Assembly: GCF_018977255.1 (NCBI RefSeq)
Contig: NW_024704743.1
Location: forward strand, 19,594,001-19,658,000
DNA length: 64,000 bases
Origin: Callorhinchus milii
Lineage: Eukaryota
Direction: 5' to 3'
The notes beneath the pieces were generated by a model, which saw nothing but the letters and a program-made list of their open reading frames with translations, was not told the origin of the DNA and did not search any database. The position numbers were made by a program, and so were the translations under genes. Positions 37,981 to 52,550 of the stretch are shown here, one piece after another. Position 1 is the stretch's first letter. The number at the start of each line of letters is the position of its first letter.

Positions 37981-38394
37981 TTTGTTGGCAAATAACATTC
38001 TGCCGAACTGCAATGCTCCACAACTAACCCTGAAGTGAATAACCATTTTTTTTATCTGGAGGATTGTTGCTCTGCGTGCCCCCCACCTAAAAAGGGCACT
38101 GTATAAATGCAAGTTGTTGTTGTTGACAGGGTCTCACAAAACAAATAAACTAAGAATTATAAACAGTAGAAAAAAATGTTTAGAAGAATGTAGTTTTACA
38201 AAGCGAGATGTTTTAGCACAAATTGCTGTTGAAACTAAGTCCATTAGAACACTTAAAAGGAACTGGAAAATTACATGAGGGAAAAGAATAGGAAGGAGTG
38301 TACGGAACGAGATGGGGAAAGGGGTTGGAGCACACAGCTCCTGTAAGAGAGTTAGCGACAGCACAGTCAATAAAATGATTACTTCCTATGCTCT

Positions 38395-38620
38395 AGATTG
38401 CTTTTCTGGGGGTAATAATTCCTTCAAAAAAATAATAATATTAAATTGGTCACTTCAATCCACGACTGTTTATCGGACACTGCTGTGCTCAATTGGCTGC
38501 TGCACTTTCACCTACAAAATATACAGTCAATTCACTTTACAGTATATTCTGTGAAGCACTTTGAGAGGTCTAGAAGATGTGATAAAGCGCTATATCAAAA
38601 GCAAGGATTATTATTATTAT
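38395..38620 (+). mobile_element. 5'-truncated tRNA-Ala/CORE-like SINE
   Basis: aaattggtcacttcaatccacgactg through gcaaggattattattat. Confidence 0.85.
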
Positions 38621-39459
38621 ATACTCATGAATATATGTAACGTGTAAAGGACTGTTGTCAGAGCCCCATGATTTAAGTTGCTGCCCATTAACTGGATTTT
38701 GGGATGAGAAGCAAATAGTAAATCCATTTTTTTTATCCCTTTTGCTTTTAAGTTTCTTACGATTGTGTGGGTGGGTGAGTATGCTCTGGTATCAGTACAG
38801 TTGGGTAGCATTCTCGCCTCTGGCCAACTCTCCTCCCTCATCCAAATTCACCCAAAAAAGAGAAAACTGTCCATTGGTCTCATCGTTGTTTGTGGGATAG
38901 TGTTGACGAAATTCAGCTTTGCATTGGCCTATACGGCAGTATTCATAACATTAAAATGTAACTAATTCTGTGAACTAATTTATAATAATAATGCTTTTTA
39001 AAATTAGAGCAGTGCCTCAGTGTTTTGTCTACAAACAGACTACTCTACACATTAATTTGTAAGATCAACAATTTACAAATGGATTATTGGATATTGATCA
39101 CTTGATAAGTGAAACCTTCTCCAGACTCTGTGATGACTTTCACCATGTGCATTTACAGTGGGAGTTTCCATTATTTTACTCATTATCAAAAGGAACATTT
39201 CTGCTTAGTTCCTTCCTAAACTCAATTTACCAGATACCACATTCGAAGTGATCAGTAGGTTTGTGCTTAAGCACCAATTCATTTCTTTCTGTTCAGCTGA
39301 TTGTCTGATTTAATCAAGCGATCACCATGTTTAACAGTACCCGAACCAAAATACTGAAAGTTATTATTATTATATCCCTTTATCATGTTGTTCAAAACGT
39401 CTCAAAGCTCAAAGCTCTTCAGAGGGTTTACTGTAAATTGTAAACTGTAAACAACAAGA

Positions 39460-39780
39460 AATTACATCGGGAGGATGTCTCAAGACCCCGGACGGTCAGG
39501 GATTTGGATCCAATCAGGGGGTTGGGATCAGGAGGAGTGGGGGGCAAAGAGGGTAGGGGAAAGAGGGTAACCAAAGGCGCGTTCAAAGAGGAGGGTCTTG
39601 AGACATGCCTTGAAGAAGGCAAGAAGGAAGCAAAGTGAAGAGACTGGGATGGGGTTCCAAAGGGTGGGGCAGAGGTAGGCCTCTTTTTTTTGAAAGCCAA
39701 TGATGGAGCACGATGGGCAGAGGACATGGAGCAGGTCTGAGCGGAGGGAGCGGACAAGTCTATGTGGCTGAAAGGTGTAA
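39460..39780 (-). mobile_element. L2 LINE 3' fragment
   Basis: Minus ORF reads ...RSLRS...PTLWN...FKACLKTLLF. Confidence 0.8.
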
Positions 39781-41142
39781 TGATTATGTACTTTCATGCG
39801 CATATATGCATGTAGAATAGAAATTTACAGTGGGCTAATATGGAGTATGAACTGCCCCCGGGGGACACACTCTGCTTACATAATGCCAGAGAATTTCGGT
39901 GCAGATTTGCAAGAACCAAAGCCTAGGATCCCGAGAGCGTGCACTGGGATACTGTTGGAGTATTACCAGCCAGAACTGTGCAGCTTATGATTGTGATTGC
40001 ATATATTCTTCAGCTGCTTGCGAGACAACATCATTCTCTACCTTTCAGGGCTTTGGCTTGCAGAGTTGAAAGGGTCAACATTATTTCATCACGTTGAAAT
40101 GTAAAGTGCTTCTGTGATATTTTAATATTTATGTCAAGAAAGTCTAAAATGTGACCCGGTGACTGGTATTTCATTAAATGTAATGTTTAATCTTGCTGAA
40201 AACAGCAGTTACTTGCAATCAATAAAAAAAAGCCATAAAACAATAGAAGTGCCTAGTTAACTTCATCAACAATACGAAAAACAGCTTGCATTTATATAGC
40301 GCCCTCCACACCGGGCGGCGTCTCAGAGCGCTCAACGATGGTCGAGCCCGAGGCCAAGCCAGGGGGAGGGGGAAGGTGACCGTAGGTGCAGTCGAATAGG
40401 AAGGTCTTCAGACGCGATCTGAAGATGGGGAAGGAGGGGACAAGGCAAAGGGGTTGAGGGAGGGAGTTCCAAAGTTAATCCCAATGATCAACGACTGTCA
40501 ACTTCCATTCGAAACCGAAAACCTTTTTAAAATGTAAAGGCTGAACTTCCAATAAACTTGAAAACTGCACAAGGATAAGACTTGAAAGAAAATAGAACTG
40601 TATATTTCTGCACAAATGTGTTTCCTTTACTTTACAATAGTGAAATCTAAACTATGATTTTTCTAAATGAAATTCCTTCATAAGGAATCCGTATCATGTC
40701 AGAGGACTATTTCTGGTTACTCTGACCTCTGGGAACTCCCCTCCATTTCTATCCTATTTGAAAGTGCAGTTCCTGTAGATTGAATGAATTTCCTAATTAA
40801 GGAATCTGACAAGTATATCCTGATATTTTTCACTTGGACTGATTTTTGAACGGATCTCAAGACTTGCTCTTTAGCATTGCAGCTTTCAATTCAATTTCAA
40901 TTTCACTCGGTCTTTGTCACTTATGGTTTGGGATTTCTGCTATTTCAGCTGAGGTACCATTTGTATCACTTCTGAATTTAGCTTTGCCTTCAGTGCAACA
41001 TCATGGCTTTGGTAGACAGATCTCTAGTTATTCCCTAGTTAAGTGCTAAACCTGGACTGTGTTAAAAAGTACATATGATTGAGGTGCGTCAAAGTGCTTT
41101 TTATAAATAACTGAAGAGTAAATAATTTTGCGTTAAAGATGT

Positions 41143-41487
41143 GTTGGTTTGGCTCAGTTGATACCATTCTCACCTCTGTGGTTTGTGGGTTCAAGCCCCA
41201 CGTCGGAATTTCGAGCTCACAATCTAGGCTAGCACTGTAATGCAGTTCTGGGAGTGTGATGCATTGTAGGAGCTGCTGTTCTTCAGATAAGAAATTAAAC
41301 TGAGGGCTTGTCTGCCTGTTGAGGTGGACATTAAAGCACTATTTTAAATTCTACTGATGGCTAAAAATCCCCCCCCAAAAATTGGTAATTTACTTCAAGG
41401 CTTTTTGTGACCTATTGCTGTGTGCAGATTGGCTGCTTTCACTAGAGTTTAAATATATCCTGTGAGGAGCTTTGAGATGTCCTCCCA
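41143..41487 (+). mobile_element. Deu-domain SINE
   Basis: ttggctcagttgata..tgtgggttcaagccccac head and Deu block; tail ends where the long L2 begins. Confidence 0.75.
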
Positions 41488-41489
41488 AT

Positions 41490-44467
41490 GTCACTTCCAC
41501 CCACCAGGTTTGAATCCCTCACAATGAGTGCCCTCTCCCACCTCTGTGCCACCTCTAGCCATCCCCACCCACCCCCCACCACCCGTCTACATGCAAGTGA
41601 GCTGACTTTGCCTGCCTCAAATCTCGGTATGCACATCTTGGCTGCCGCCCCCAACCCGAGCGGTCCTTCCCCAAAAATGCCCCCATCCCTGCAACACTCC
41701 CACTCTGTCCTCCTCTCTCTCTCTCTGTCCTTCTCGCCTCCTATCCCCACTTGACTGTCCCACAGACTCCCTCTGCTCCAACCTGGAAATCCTCTGCTGG
41801 GCTCATCGTGGCACTCGGCGTTGGCTGTCCAGCAGCAGCCACACTGACTGCTCCATTCCTCACTATCACCACAAGCCCCATCGGACCAAGACCCCAGGGG
41901 CCAACCTCTCCTCCCTCATCCCTATCCCCATCTTCCCTGCCAATCAGTCCATTACGCCCGCCCATCTCACACATTCCCCTGGCAACTGTCCCCTTCTCAC
42001 CGGCCTGCAACATGTCCACTCCCTCTGCAACAAGGCTCTGACCATCAATGACCTCATCGTTGATGAAAATGTCAACCTCATGGCCCTCACTGAAACCTGG
42101 TGCACTCCAGGCAACATCTTTCCCCTCACTGAGGCCACACCACCCAACAATACCTCCCACCATGCCCCAAGTTATAACCGCTGTGGCGGTGGTGTTTCCC
42201 TCATCTCCAGGACCTCAATTGCTCTATTCTCTTACTCTCTGGCTCATTCCCCTCATTTGAGCACCTTACATTCTACCATCCCTCCAATCTTTCCCTTAAA
42301 ATTCTCCTCATGTACCTGCATCCCCAAAACCTCCCCCATCTTCATCTCTGATGTCTCTACCCTCCTAGCTTCCCTCTGCCTCTGTTCTGAACTCTTCCTC
42401 ATCCTCAGCAACTTCAAACTTCACTTCACCCCCTCCTAATCTATCTCCTCAGACTTCTCCTCTCTCTTTTCCTCTCACAACCTCTCACTGCACACCCACT
42501 CTGCCACCCAGGTTCATGGCCACCCATTCAATCTGGTGATTACCCGGGGCCTCAGTGTCTCGGATATCACAATTACAGACAAAGCCATCTCTAATCACTA
42601 TTTCATCTCCTTTAACTCCTCAATCCCTCTCCCCATTACCACCCAACCCACCTCCATCTCCTATCACCCCTGGAAAAAAATCTCCCCGCAATCCCTTTTC
42701 GCTGCCCTGGAGTCATCTGAACTCCTCCCCCTCTGGCCTACCTCCCGCACCGATTTGTCCTCTTTGCTCACTCTCCCCCACAACTCCCTCTCCTCGACTC
42801 TTGGTGTCCTTACCCCCCTCACATCCCAAACTGCCTCCTACTCATGAACTTCATCCTGATACACCAGCCACCTCAATTCCCTCAAGAGTCAGGTGCGGGC
42901 TACTCCCTCCCCATCTCCCCCTCACACTCCGACCCCTACCCATCCCTCCCTCCACATTTTTGAACCTGTCTCCCCCTCCTCTCTCATCACCACCGTATCC
43001 AGCATGAAATATACCACTTGCTCCCTTGAACCCATCCCCACCCCTTTCCTTACCTCCCACCTCCACCTCCTCGCCCCTCTATGCTCTGACACCATCAATC
43101 TCGCCCTTCTATCTGGCACCGTTCCCATTCCCCTAAAAGTGGGTACAATCACCCCCATCCTGAAAAAACCTTCCCTGGACCTATTCCTGCCTTCTCAGTA
43201 TCGGTCTATCTCCAACTTCCCTTTTCTTTCGAAGGTCCTTGAAAGAGTCATTGCTTCTCAGCTTCACTCATTCTTCTCCTACTACTCCCTTCACAAGACC
43301 CTCCAATCAGGTTTCCGTGCTCTCACAGAATGGAAACGTCTCTAGTCAAACGACATTTTGTCCCTCTATGACCAGGACGCCCTCTGCCTCCTCGTACTCC
43401 TCGACTTCTCTGCTGCCTTCGATACCATGGACTACTCCATCATTCTCCACTGCATCTCCCATCAGGGCTCTGTCCTCGGTCCCCTCCTCTTCAACCTCTA
43501 CATGCTCCCCCTTGGTGACATCATCCATAGACATGGGGTCAACTTCCACATGTACATGGATGACACCCAACTCTTATCTCTCTGCCTCCATCCTCGATTC
43601 CAAGACAACTGACATCCTGACAGACTGTCTGTCTGACATGAAGTCCTCGATGTGAGCCAACTTTCTACAGCTGAATGTTAGCAATACTGAACCCATCCTG
43701 ATTGGCTCACGCCAGCACTTCAGGCATTGGCAGCATCAACATCCATGGTTGCACACTCCACCTCACCAAGTCAGTTAGGAACCTGGGCATCTTGTTTGAC
43801 CCTCAACTGTCCTTTCTCCCCCATATCTGTGCCATGACTTGCTCTACTTTCCCCCACAGCCGCAATATTGCCTGAGTCTGCCACTGCCTCACCCCTCAGG
43901 CCGCTGAAACCCTCATACACGCATTCATTACCTCAAGGCACGACTACAGAAACTCCCTCCTTGTCGGTCTCCCCAACTCTTCCCTCCACAAGCTGCAGCT
44001 CGTGTCCTCTCCTACTCCTTGACCCCACCCTCACCTGGTACCACTGGCTCCCCATCCCTCAGAGGATAGAATTCAAAATCCTTGTCCTCACTTTTAAGGC
44101 CCTCCACGGGCTTACCACCTCCTACATCTCTGACCTGCTGACCCCCTATCAACCTGTGCGCTCCTTCCGCTCAACAGGCTTCTGCTCCAGGTTTCCCATC
44201 CGACGTGCCCTACTATTTAAGCCTCTTTACCCCCACTCTTTGGAACTCCATCCCACAATGCCTTCGCCTTGCTCCATTTCTCGCCCCTTTCAAGGCATGA
44301 CTCAAGACCCCCCTTTTTGACCGTGCCTTTAGTCATCCTCCTCCCCCTCTGCCCTCCCTCACCCCAACCCTGACCCCCATGCTCGGGTCCTGATCCCTGA
44401 CTGTTCAGCGCCTTGGAATGTCCTCACAACGTGAAAGGCTTTACAAATGTAATTTTGTTGTTGTTGG
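41490..44467 (+). mobile_element. Long L2-clade LINE with dead ORF2 (APE endonuclease and RT), internally deleted
   Basis: EN start HVHSLCNKALTINDLIVDENVNLMALTETW (about 42010-42100) and AISNHY (SDH motif). RT motifs [44 protein letters not shown] and YMDDTQL. C-terminal HWLPIPQRIEFKIL and (TTG)n tail. Multiple stops and frameshifts. Confidence 0.93.
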
Positions 44468-44870
44468 ATGAGGTGTCAAAAAGATAGGTCTTGAGGCAGA
44501 ACTTAAACAAGATAAAAGAGGGAGGAAATTCGAAGGTTTCCACAATGAAATTATAAGACAGTGGGAGCATATAGGCTGAAAGCCTTGCCGCCAATGCTGG
44601 GGAAGATAGAGCGGGACATGAAACAGGCCAGTGGCTGCTGAGTGAAGGGAGCGGCTGGGTCGGTACAGTTTGAGGAGGTTGCAGAGCGAGGGTGGGCCAA
44701 GACTGTGGAGGGATTTAAAGCTAAAAACAAGGATCTGGAACTCAATCTACTGAGGGATGGGGAGCCAGTGGAGCCAGTCGAGGATGAGAGTGATAGGCTC
44801 ACGAGCCTAATCCGGGAACGACACAGGCTGCAGAGTTCCAGATGGTCTGCTGCTTGTGGAGGGAAGAGCT
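44468..44870 (-). mobile_element. Older L2 3' fragment abutting the long L2 in opposite orientation
   Basis: Minus frame ...IGGKAFSLYAPT and antisense LHWLP (gggagccagtggag). Confidence 0.7.
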
Positions 44871-45394
44871 GGGTAAACGGCAATGATTATGTATTTATTT
44901 ATTTAAGATGAACCTTTACTTTTTAAACAGCATACAGTTTATTTATAAGACCACAGTGACAAATTCCTGAAACTTGCCAGCAAGGAGAATAGCGCTAAAC
45001 CAGATCAATGAGTGAGCTACATGAAGCAAGCAGAGCGGAAAATACCCATTGTATTTCTGAGCCCTGCAATATTGAGATAGGCCTGGTTTTGTAAGCTTCT
45101 TTGAGTCAATCTCGTTGTGCTCCATTATTGTTAAAAAAAGCTAAGAAGATTTGTGAAGGAAAACATTTGAATCATTAGAGGAACAAATTCAATATCCTCT
45201 GCTTTTAGATCCCATCTTCACAAGGGTTCCTGTTTTGTAGATTAAAGCTCAGGCAGTGTTCCTGTTCAAATGTTCCCCTTGGCACCATTTATGAAAGGCA
45301 TTTCATTCATGTCTGTAACATCTAGTGTGTGCATTCATGCTGCTTACCTCTAGTCATCACCTTTTTACACTTATGATTGGCAAGGAGTTCAAAA

Positions 45395-46136
45395 AACAAG
45401 AACTTGCACTGTTATAGCACTTTATCATGTCAAAATGCCTCAAAGAGCTTTGCTGTTAATTACTGTCAGGCTGTTCATCAAAGGCAGCTATTTGCACCAA
45501 CAAGGTCCCACAAACTGCCATGAGGTTAATGACCAATAAATCTGGAAGATTTTTGGCCACAACACTGGGAAACACGTGCTTCTCTTTGCAAAAGGGTGTC
45601 ATGGATTCTTTGACATTCACCTGAAGAAGCAACTGGGACCTTGGTTTAACGTCTCATCCTAAAGACAGGATGTCTGATTATACGGTACTGGGCTAAACTG
45701 CCAATCTGGAACATAAACTCAAGTACTGACTTCAGGCTTGAACCATTGTCAGAGCTTCAGGTATCTTGCCTTAGTATGGCCACAAAAATCTAAACATACA
45801 CCACACCTCATTAATCCAACTCAGTAACTTGCAATAATAACAATAATCATAATAATCCTTGCATTGGATATAGCGCCTATCATGTCGAGAGGATGTCTCA
45901 AAGAGCTTCACAGACTTTAGTGTAAAGTATTATTTTTTAGACGAATGTGACAGCCAATTTACGAACAGCAGTGTCCCAAAAACAGCCATGAAGTGAAAGA
46001 CCAATTTTATTTGGGTGATTTTTGGCCACGACAACGAGAGAAACTGCCATCATTTTTTGAATGGTGCCATGGAGTCTTTTAACATCCACCTAAACAGGGC
46101 GGACGGGAGCTTTGTTTAATGATTCATCTGAAAGAC
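45395..46136 (-). mobile_element. Two tandem Deu-domain SINE remnants
   Basis: Reverse tails at about 45395 and 45833; reverse Deu blocks at about 45600-45670 and 46060-46136. Confidence 0.75.
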
Positions 46137-49100
46137 GAAGCAGAATGTTACAGCATTAGGACTCTTAAAATCAATGAAAACAGCCTTTAGTGTATTCAAT
46201 CTGATTTGCTGTTGAAGAACATAGATGCTGAATGGATAACCCTATTCACAGAATAAATTCATGCCATTGACACAGCATTTGTGTCCAGGGCTATTGTTAT
46301 ATTTGTTTCTGACAAGTTTCTGCTGTCTATGTTCGAGATTGATGAGGATTGGAGAAAGGTAGAGTTACTGTATCTTAATACCTTTAGGATTGCCCGACCT
46401 CTGAACTGTAGAACATAAAGGCTCTTGATATCTAAAAAGTACGCTCACAGAGGCAATTTCATATTTATTGCTCTGACTACAGGACTTTCTGATTTTTCAA
46501 TTTGTCATTCGACTAGTGGTTAATATCAGATAAAAAAACATGGAACAATCTCTCTGGTCTAAGACATCGAAAGGTCATTCTGTTCAATGTTGTTTTATTA
46601 ACACAGTGCAGTACTGAAGAGCAAGCTGTCTCTGTGTGTAAGAGTGTACAGAGTGAGCTGCTTTTTAATTAGTCCTGAATGAAATACAGCAGTTAAAGAC
46701 AGAATGTACAGTGATAAAAGCTAGCAGCAAAAGTGTTATTGCATAGCTGACTAGACGAATAGCCAAATCTATCTAACAGATTCCATCTGATAATGGCTCT
46801 TGGACACTACCATTGTCAGATTGTAGGAGGAACCATCTCCACCCACAGCTTTGGGGAGAATTTTCAAGAATGTAACCACAGTATGTGATTGACAGGTTAG
46901 TGTAGGCCAGCACACACCAGCATAGAAATATGAATAAGTTTACACCTCCTATTGTGGTAGAAATTTGGTTTTCTTGTTGAAGTGAGGCTAATTGTATCTT
47001 AGAAGCAGATTTTTTTTCCCCTCAAGGAAACGAGCTTAAATTGACTTAAACAAAAACCAGCGAAGAACCTTTTAGAAGGAAGAATTTCTTTTTTTAAGGA
47101 GTTGTTGCACAACAAATGGAAAATAAATAATTAAACGACTGTCCTATTTCGAGAATCACCAGGAGTTCCATTTGCTGGTGTCACAGCTTGGAGGTAGTAT
47201 CCACTCATAATAGGGTAAATATGAATTCCAGTAAAAGATAACTGCATTGTTTGTATTTATTTTTTATTTATTTGCCTACAAGGTCCATTCATTTGCTGCG
47301 AAAGCACCATTACTAAAAACATGGTCTTACCGTAAGTTACTCTTGCCACTAAATCAGAAGATTGGGGTTCAAGCCCCACATTGGGTCTTCAAACTCATAA
47401 AGTCCAGGCTGATACTACAAATGCAGCGCTGGCTCGTGATGTCCTTTGTGTGAGATTTTAACTCACCGTATATATTCGCTATATCAAACAATGCAATGCC
47501 TCCCTGCACTGTATTGGAGTGTCATCCTAGGATGTCAGTTCAGAGAACATGGAGTTTGAACCTACAACCTTCAGACATAGAGGTGAGAGAGCTTCCAACT
47601 GAGCTAAGCTGACACCTAGAATTATAGAATCATCAGAGAATCATAGAATTATACGGCACAGAATGAAGCCATTTGGCCCATCATGTCTGTGCCAGCTCTT
47701 TGAAAAGAGATATCCAAATCAGTCCAACTCCCCGGTTCTCCCCACAGCCCTGCAAACCTCCTCCCCAAGGATTAGAAGGATGAATTCAAATGGGCTAAAC
47801 GGTGTTCTTCATCCAAACCTCTCTTGTGCATTTTAAACATAGACCCACTCCGTGTGTCAATCATATTTATTCATAACGATTGATTTCAATCCAGATTTAA
47901 TTGTTTGTAGTTGTTAGCAGAACATCTGAGCATTTGAACAAGCAGAGAGAACATGGTATAATGTTTATTTCAGATTATGAAAACAAATTTGAAGGGCCGC
48001 AGAAATGTTCCACTTCAGTTAAAAATGTGTTGTCCATTTACTGTAGCGTTTATTGGATTAAGCTTTGAAGGATCACTGAAACAGCTGAGTTCTAAATGTC
48101 TCTTTGGAGGCAATACTCTGGAAGTTTAAATATGCCACTGCATTGAATTACTGTGTGACCCTGTTTCAACATGCCTCATTTTAATATGGATTTGCTTAGA
48201 GGTAGCGTGGCAGTATTCAAAAATGGAAGCGAGTTTCTCTTGGTGTCTTGGCCAAGAATCTCCCAGATACAATTCCTCATTCACTTCACGGTTGTTTGTG
48301 GGGATATTGCTGTGAGAAATTGGCTGTTGTGTTTGCCTATAAAATATATTTACTGTACTTTACAGTACTTTACAGTGTGAAGAGCTTTGATCCAACCTCC
48401 TAGTGTGAAAAACATTATATCAAATGCAAGGATGATTAGAAAGTTCCTGTCAATTTTATAGTTGTTATATTGCTTTGAGATGCAGAGTGCACAGACACTT
48501 GCTTTTTTCCATAGGTTCCTGGTATGAATGCAGTCTAGACTGAAGAGATATAAGTTTATTTTTTGTCAACTACAATGTTCTAAATGTGTTTGAGCAGTTT
48601 TCACTCACGTCCTTGTAGATACACAATCACAGGTCAAAATTGTTCACAAATTGATACTCGACAACAAAATACAAAGATGTTCAAGGAGTAGATTTTGAGA
48701 TTATTCTTAAGACATTTTTCTGGTTGTGCAGAGAACGCTTTATTGTATCATCATCACCCTAATTTCTGAATTTAAAAATAGTTGTGCTACCTATTGGGAA
48801 GAAAAGTAAAGAAACAGAAAATATTGTGCAGCTATTACAGCTACACGCAGCTCCTCTGTCATGCACACAATTAAGAACTAACACAGCTCAGCCAGCTAAC
48901 ATAGGCCTGCTGTCCGTCTCCTGACCCCTTCGAACCACAATCGGTAGCCTGCCTTCAGTGACTGCAGCCCAAACCCGGCCTCAATCCCCTCCCCTTGTAT
49001 CTCTTTATTTATCTTTACATTCCACCCTGAGACATACCTCTTCAACAATGCCTATAGTCGTCTCTTCTTCTCCCTTGCTTGGCATCCAATCCTGCCACTG

Positions 49101-50299
49101 TACAGCTCTCTAAGACTCAATCCTGCATGAAGGGCACTATATAAAAGCAAATTGTTTATTGTAATAATAATCATCCTTACATTTGAAATAACGGCTTTCA
49201 CATCAGGAGAACATCTCAATGCACTTCACAGGATATGTGTAAAGGAGTGATTGTGTATTGTTTTGTTGGCAAATGATTATTTATTTTATATCTCTGGCAA
49301 TGTCAAACCAAATTAGAATCAGCGTTATTTTAAATTGCCCAAACCTCCCATTCATAATTTCCCAAATCTTAATAAGGAAAAAGAGCAGCAAAGAAAGACG
49401 GAAGAGATTTCCTTCAGCATCAAGAACTCCATTCACCTATTTCCCAAAGAACTTCACTTCAGATTGTCAAGCAATCCATCCTAACATCAAAGCACATAAC
49501 TGTTATATGTGGTTTTCAAAATACAATTCCATATATAGAAGAGGTACAGGTCAGGAAAAGCCCCCTTCTGCAGACTCATCTTCCCTTTGGTTTTCCTCGC
49601 TAGTTTTCATACATTTGTGACATATTTCTTGCCATTAGCCTCTTGTGTTCTCATATATTTCCAGAACGTAAGAATCTTCTGCACTTGAGAGCCTGAAATT
49701 CCTCTTGTCTCTGTGTATTGACTTGAGTGATGTGATCTTATATGGATTTTTTTCCATTATAAATACGCAATCTTGTCAAACCCACAGGACCTTGTGGCAA
49801 GAGGAATCACATCCGACACCTAGCCGAGCATCTGTACACACAGTATCATCATGCAATCGGGCAATTGAGGTGAAGGTTATCTCTTAACCTTTAGTGCAAT
49901 TAGCCCGGATAGATAATGAAGATAACAGAATCAGAGTTGTGGTAGAACCTTTTGTTGACCTTTGACAAATCAGCCTTTGCTGATAAACAACTGTCAGGTC
50001 ATTTAAATGCTATTGATTTCTGAGCAGTTCTAACACTGTGCTGTAGTAATTAGGAAAATGCACTTAAAGTTTATTTTGCTCCCAGACCAATTTGCGCGAA
50101 ATAGGACATGACTACATTTATTGTTGCACCATAGCTCAGTCAACTAGGATTTTCTATCCTAAAGATCCTGCAGAGCAGACAATTAGCAACACCTTCAAGG
50201 CCACTTTACTGAAAGCTAAAACTCTCAGAAGGCTGGATCTCCATATGAATAGAATCAGCTTTGCATTCTGATATTTGAAGAGATTGCTATCTATTTTCA

Positions 50300-50650
50300 G
50301 ATCAGTCTGGCTCAGTTAATAGCAATCTTTCCTCTTCTCAGAAAGTTGTGGGATCAAGCCCCAAGTTGTGACTTTGAACATACAGTCTAAGCTGATACTC
50401 CAACGCAGCGTTGGGGAGTGCTTCATTGACTTGGGAGAGTGGAATTGTTTAGATAGAGACTTTAAACTGAGGTCCCTTTCAGGTGGACGTTGAAGATTCC
50501 CGTGGCAATTCCCCAGATAAAAAATCGGTCATTCAATTCATGGCTGTTTGTTGGACATTGCTGTATGCAAATTAGCTACCATGTTTGGCATAAAATCATT
50601 ACACTTTACAATAAATCCTATGAAGCACTGTATCAAATGCAAGGATTACA
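50300..50650 (+). mobile_element. Deu-domain SINE, internally deleted
   Basis: Head, ttaaactgaggtcc..caggtggacgttgaagattcccgtggca block, and tatcaaatgcaaggatta tail. Confidence 0.75.
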
Positions 50651-51519
50651 TGTACTGTGACAGTATGCACAATATGTACTAGCCTTATTTACTGGTGCTC
50701 ATTGATACATAGAAATTAGATAGGGGTCTAGCTATACTCTATCAACATAACATTTCAGGTCATCCAGAATTTGTCCAATTCTTAAATAAAGACATTTTTA
50801 AAAAGAAAATTGGCTTCAAAGTTTAAACTGAATCAACGATTTGCCAAATTCTGCATATTCTGAAATACTGCATTAATGCAGTTAATCTGAACCCATTAGT
50901 GTTTTTTCAGTGAGTAATGAGTCATTTTTGTGGCTGTTGTTTTCATGAATGAGTTTTGGCTTGAACAGTAAACTATCAATTTTAATGACCACATAAGGTA
51001 GTAAATTTGTACCATAGGTCTATTTGTCCACATCTGTGACAGGTTTATATGTGCTTGAATGAACCACGCAAGAAAATATTACTGAAACTCTAAACCTCCT
51101 TGTGACACCTCAAGGTGGCTGAATGATCTATCCTGAGGAAAGTAGCAAAATTGGAGCAATTAATGTGCATTGTGTCATACCTAAAATGCAATTTCAGATT
51201 CCCATTACAGTAGTCATCTCAAATCTGAGGTTGGCGATCTCCTCTCTAAATAAACTGGGATTTATTGAATTATATCCTGGGTGGGGGGAGGAAGGGATTA
51301 GATGTCAGCCTGTCTTAGTTGGTAGTACTCTTGCCACTGCATTAGAAGGTTCTGAGTTCAATCCCTATGTCGGGACTTTGAACTTTTGCAGTCTAGGTGG
51401 ACACTCGATCCATATTGGGCACTAATTTGGAAAAGAAAGGAATTTGCAAAAAGGATAAGTAAATCCTGCATTTCTCTGAAGGTCCGCTCACATGCCTATC
51501 TTAGTTCCGACTCGTGCAT

Positions 51520-51878
51520 TATAATAATAATAATCCTTGCATTTGATATAGCACCTTATCATGTCAATGAGATGTCTTAAAGTGCTTCACAGAATGATTA
51601 TATTTTGTGGGCGAAACCCAACAGCCAATTGCCCACAGCAGTGTCCCACAAAGAGTCGTGGATTGAGTGACCAAATTATTATTATAATTTTTTTGAGGGA
51701 TTATTACTCCAGGAACATAAATCTTCCAATCAACTAACAACCGGTGCCTACTTACTGCTAGGTAAACAGGGGCGTGGGGTGTAAGGAAACTTGTCTAAGA
51801 TTTCACTCTACCCAGGAATCGAACCCAGGTCCTCTCGCTTGCGAGGTGAGCGCACTAACCACTATGCTATGGGACTCC
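51520..51878 (-). mobile_element. tRNA-Ala/CORE-like SINE, long form, full length
   Basis: (TAA)n tail to head ggaatcgaacccaggtcctctcgcttgcgagg...gggactcc. Confidence 0.9.
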
Positions 51879-52550
51879 GTGTCTTTCATTGTCTGTTTGG
51901 CTGGTCAACCCAGACACAATATGATTGAAAATATAGCATTTGTGCTAATAAAATTGCAGGATTTGTATCAAATGGAGTACCAAACCTGCTATAAAATCAT
52001 ATCCCTGAAGGCTGACTAAGGCAAGCTTGCTTTATTGTTTCTTTGCCAATTATTATTGGGACTTGTTGCCCTGAGATCATGAGGTCCAGTGTACAGATGT
52101 CACATTTTGAATGCATTGCCTCAGATGGTCATAGAGGCTGATTCAATAGGGATTCCTAAAAAAGTGCTGGATAGATAACAACAACTTGCATTTGTATAGC
52201 GCCCTTCACGTGGGGTAGTGTGTTGGGAAACTGAGTAATAATAATCCTTGCATTTGATATAGAGCCTTATCACATCGTTAAATTATTGTTAAATTATTAC
52301 TTGTTAAATAAGAGTACTAAGATACCTGGGAAAACTGCAAGGAAATGGATTGAAAGATTTGCTGTGATCTAATAAAATGGCAGAACAGACTTGATGGATG
52401 GAATAGCCTCCTTCCTACTTTCCTAAAATTAATTACATTCTGTCACCGGAATGAAAGGGCAATTATTATTGCAACTCCTGTAAAACCATTTTGTCCATGT
52501 GAGACGCTACCCACTACAAAGGGTAGGCATATAATTGCAATCTATTGTTG

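Noticed and set aside
43553..43564. YMDD motif suggesting a retroviral or hepadnaviral RT
   Set aside because: Context ([21 protein letters not shown]) is non-LTR L2. It is best read as a mutated YADD in a dead copy.
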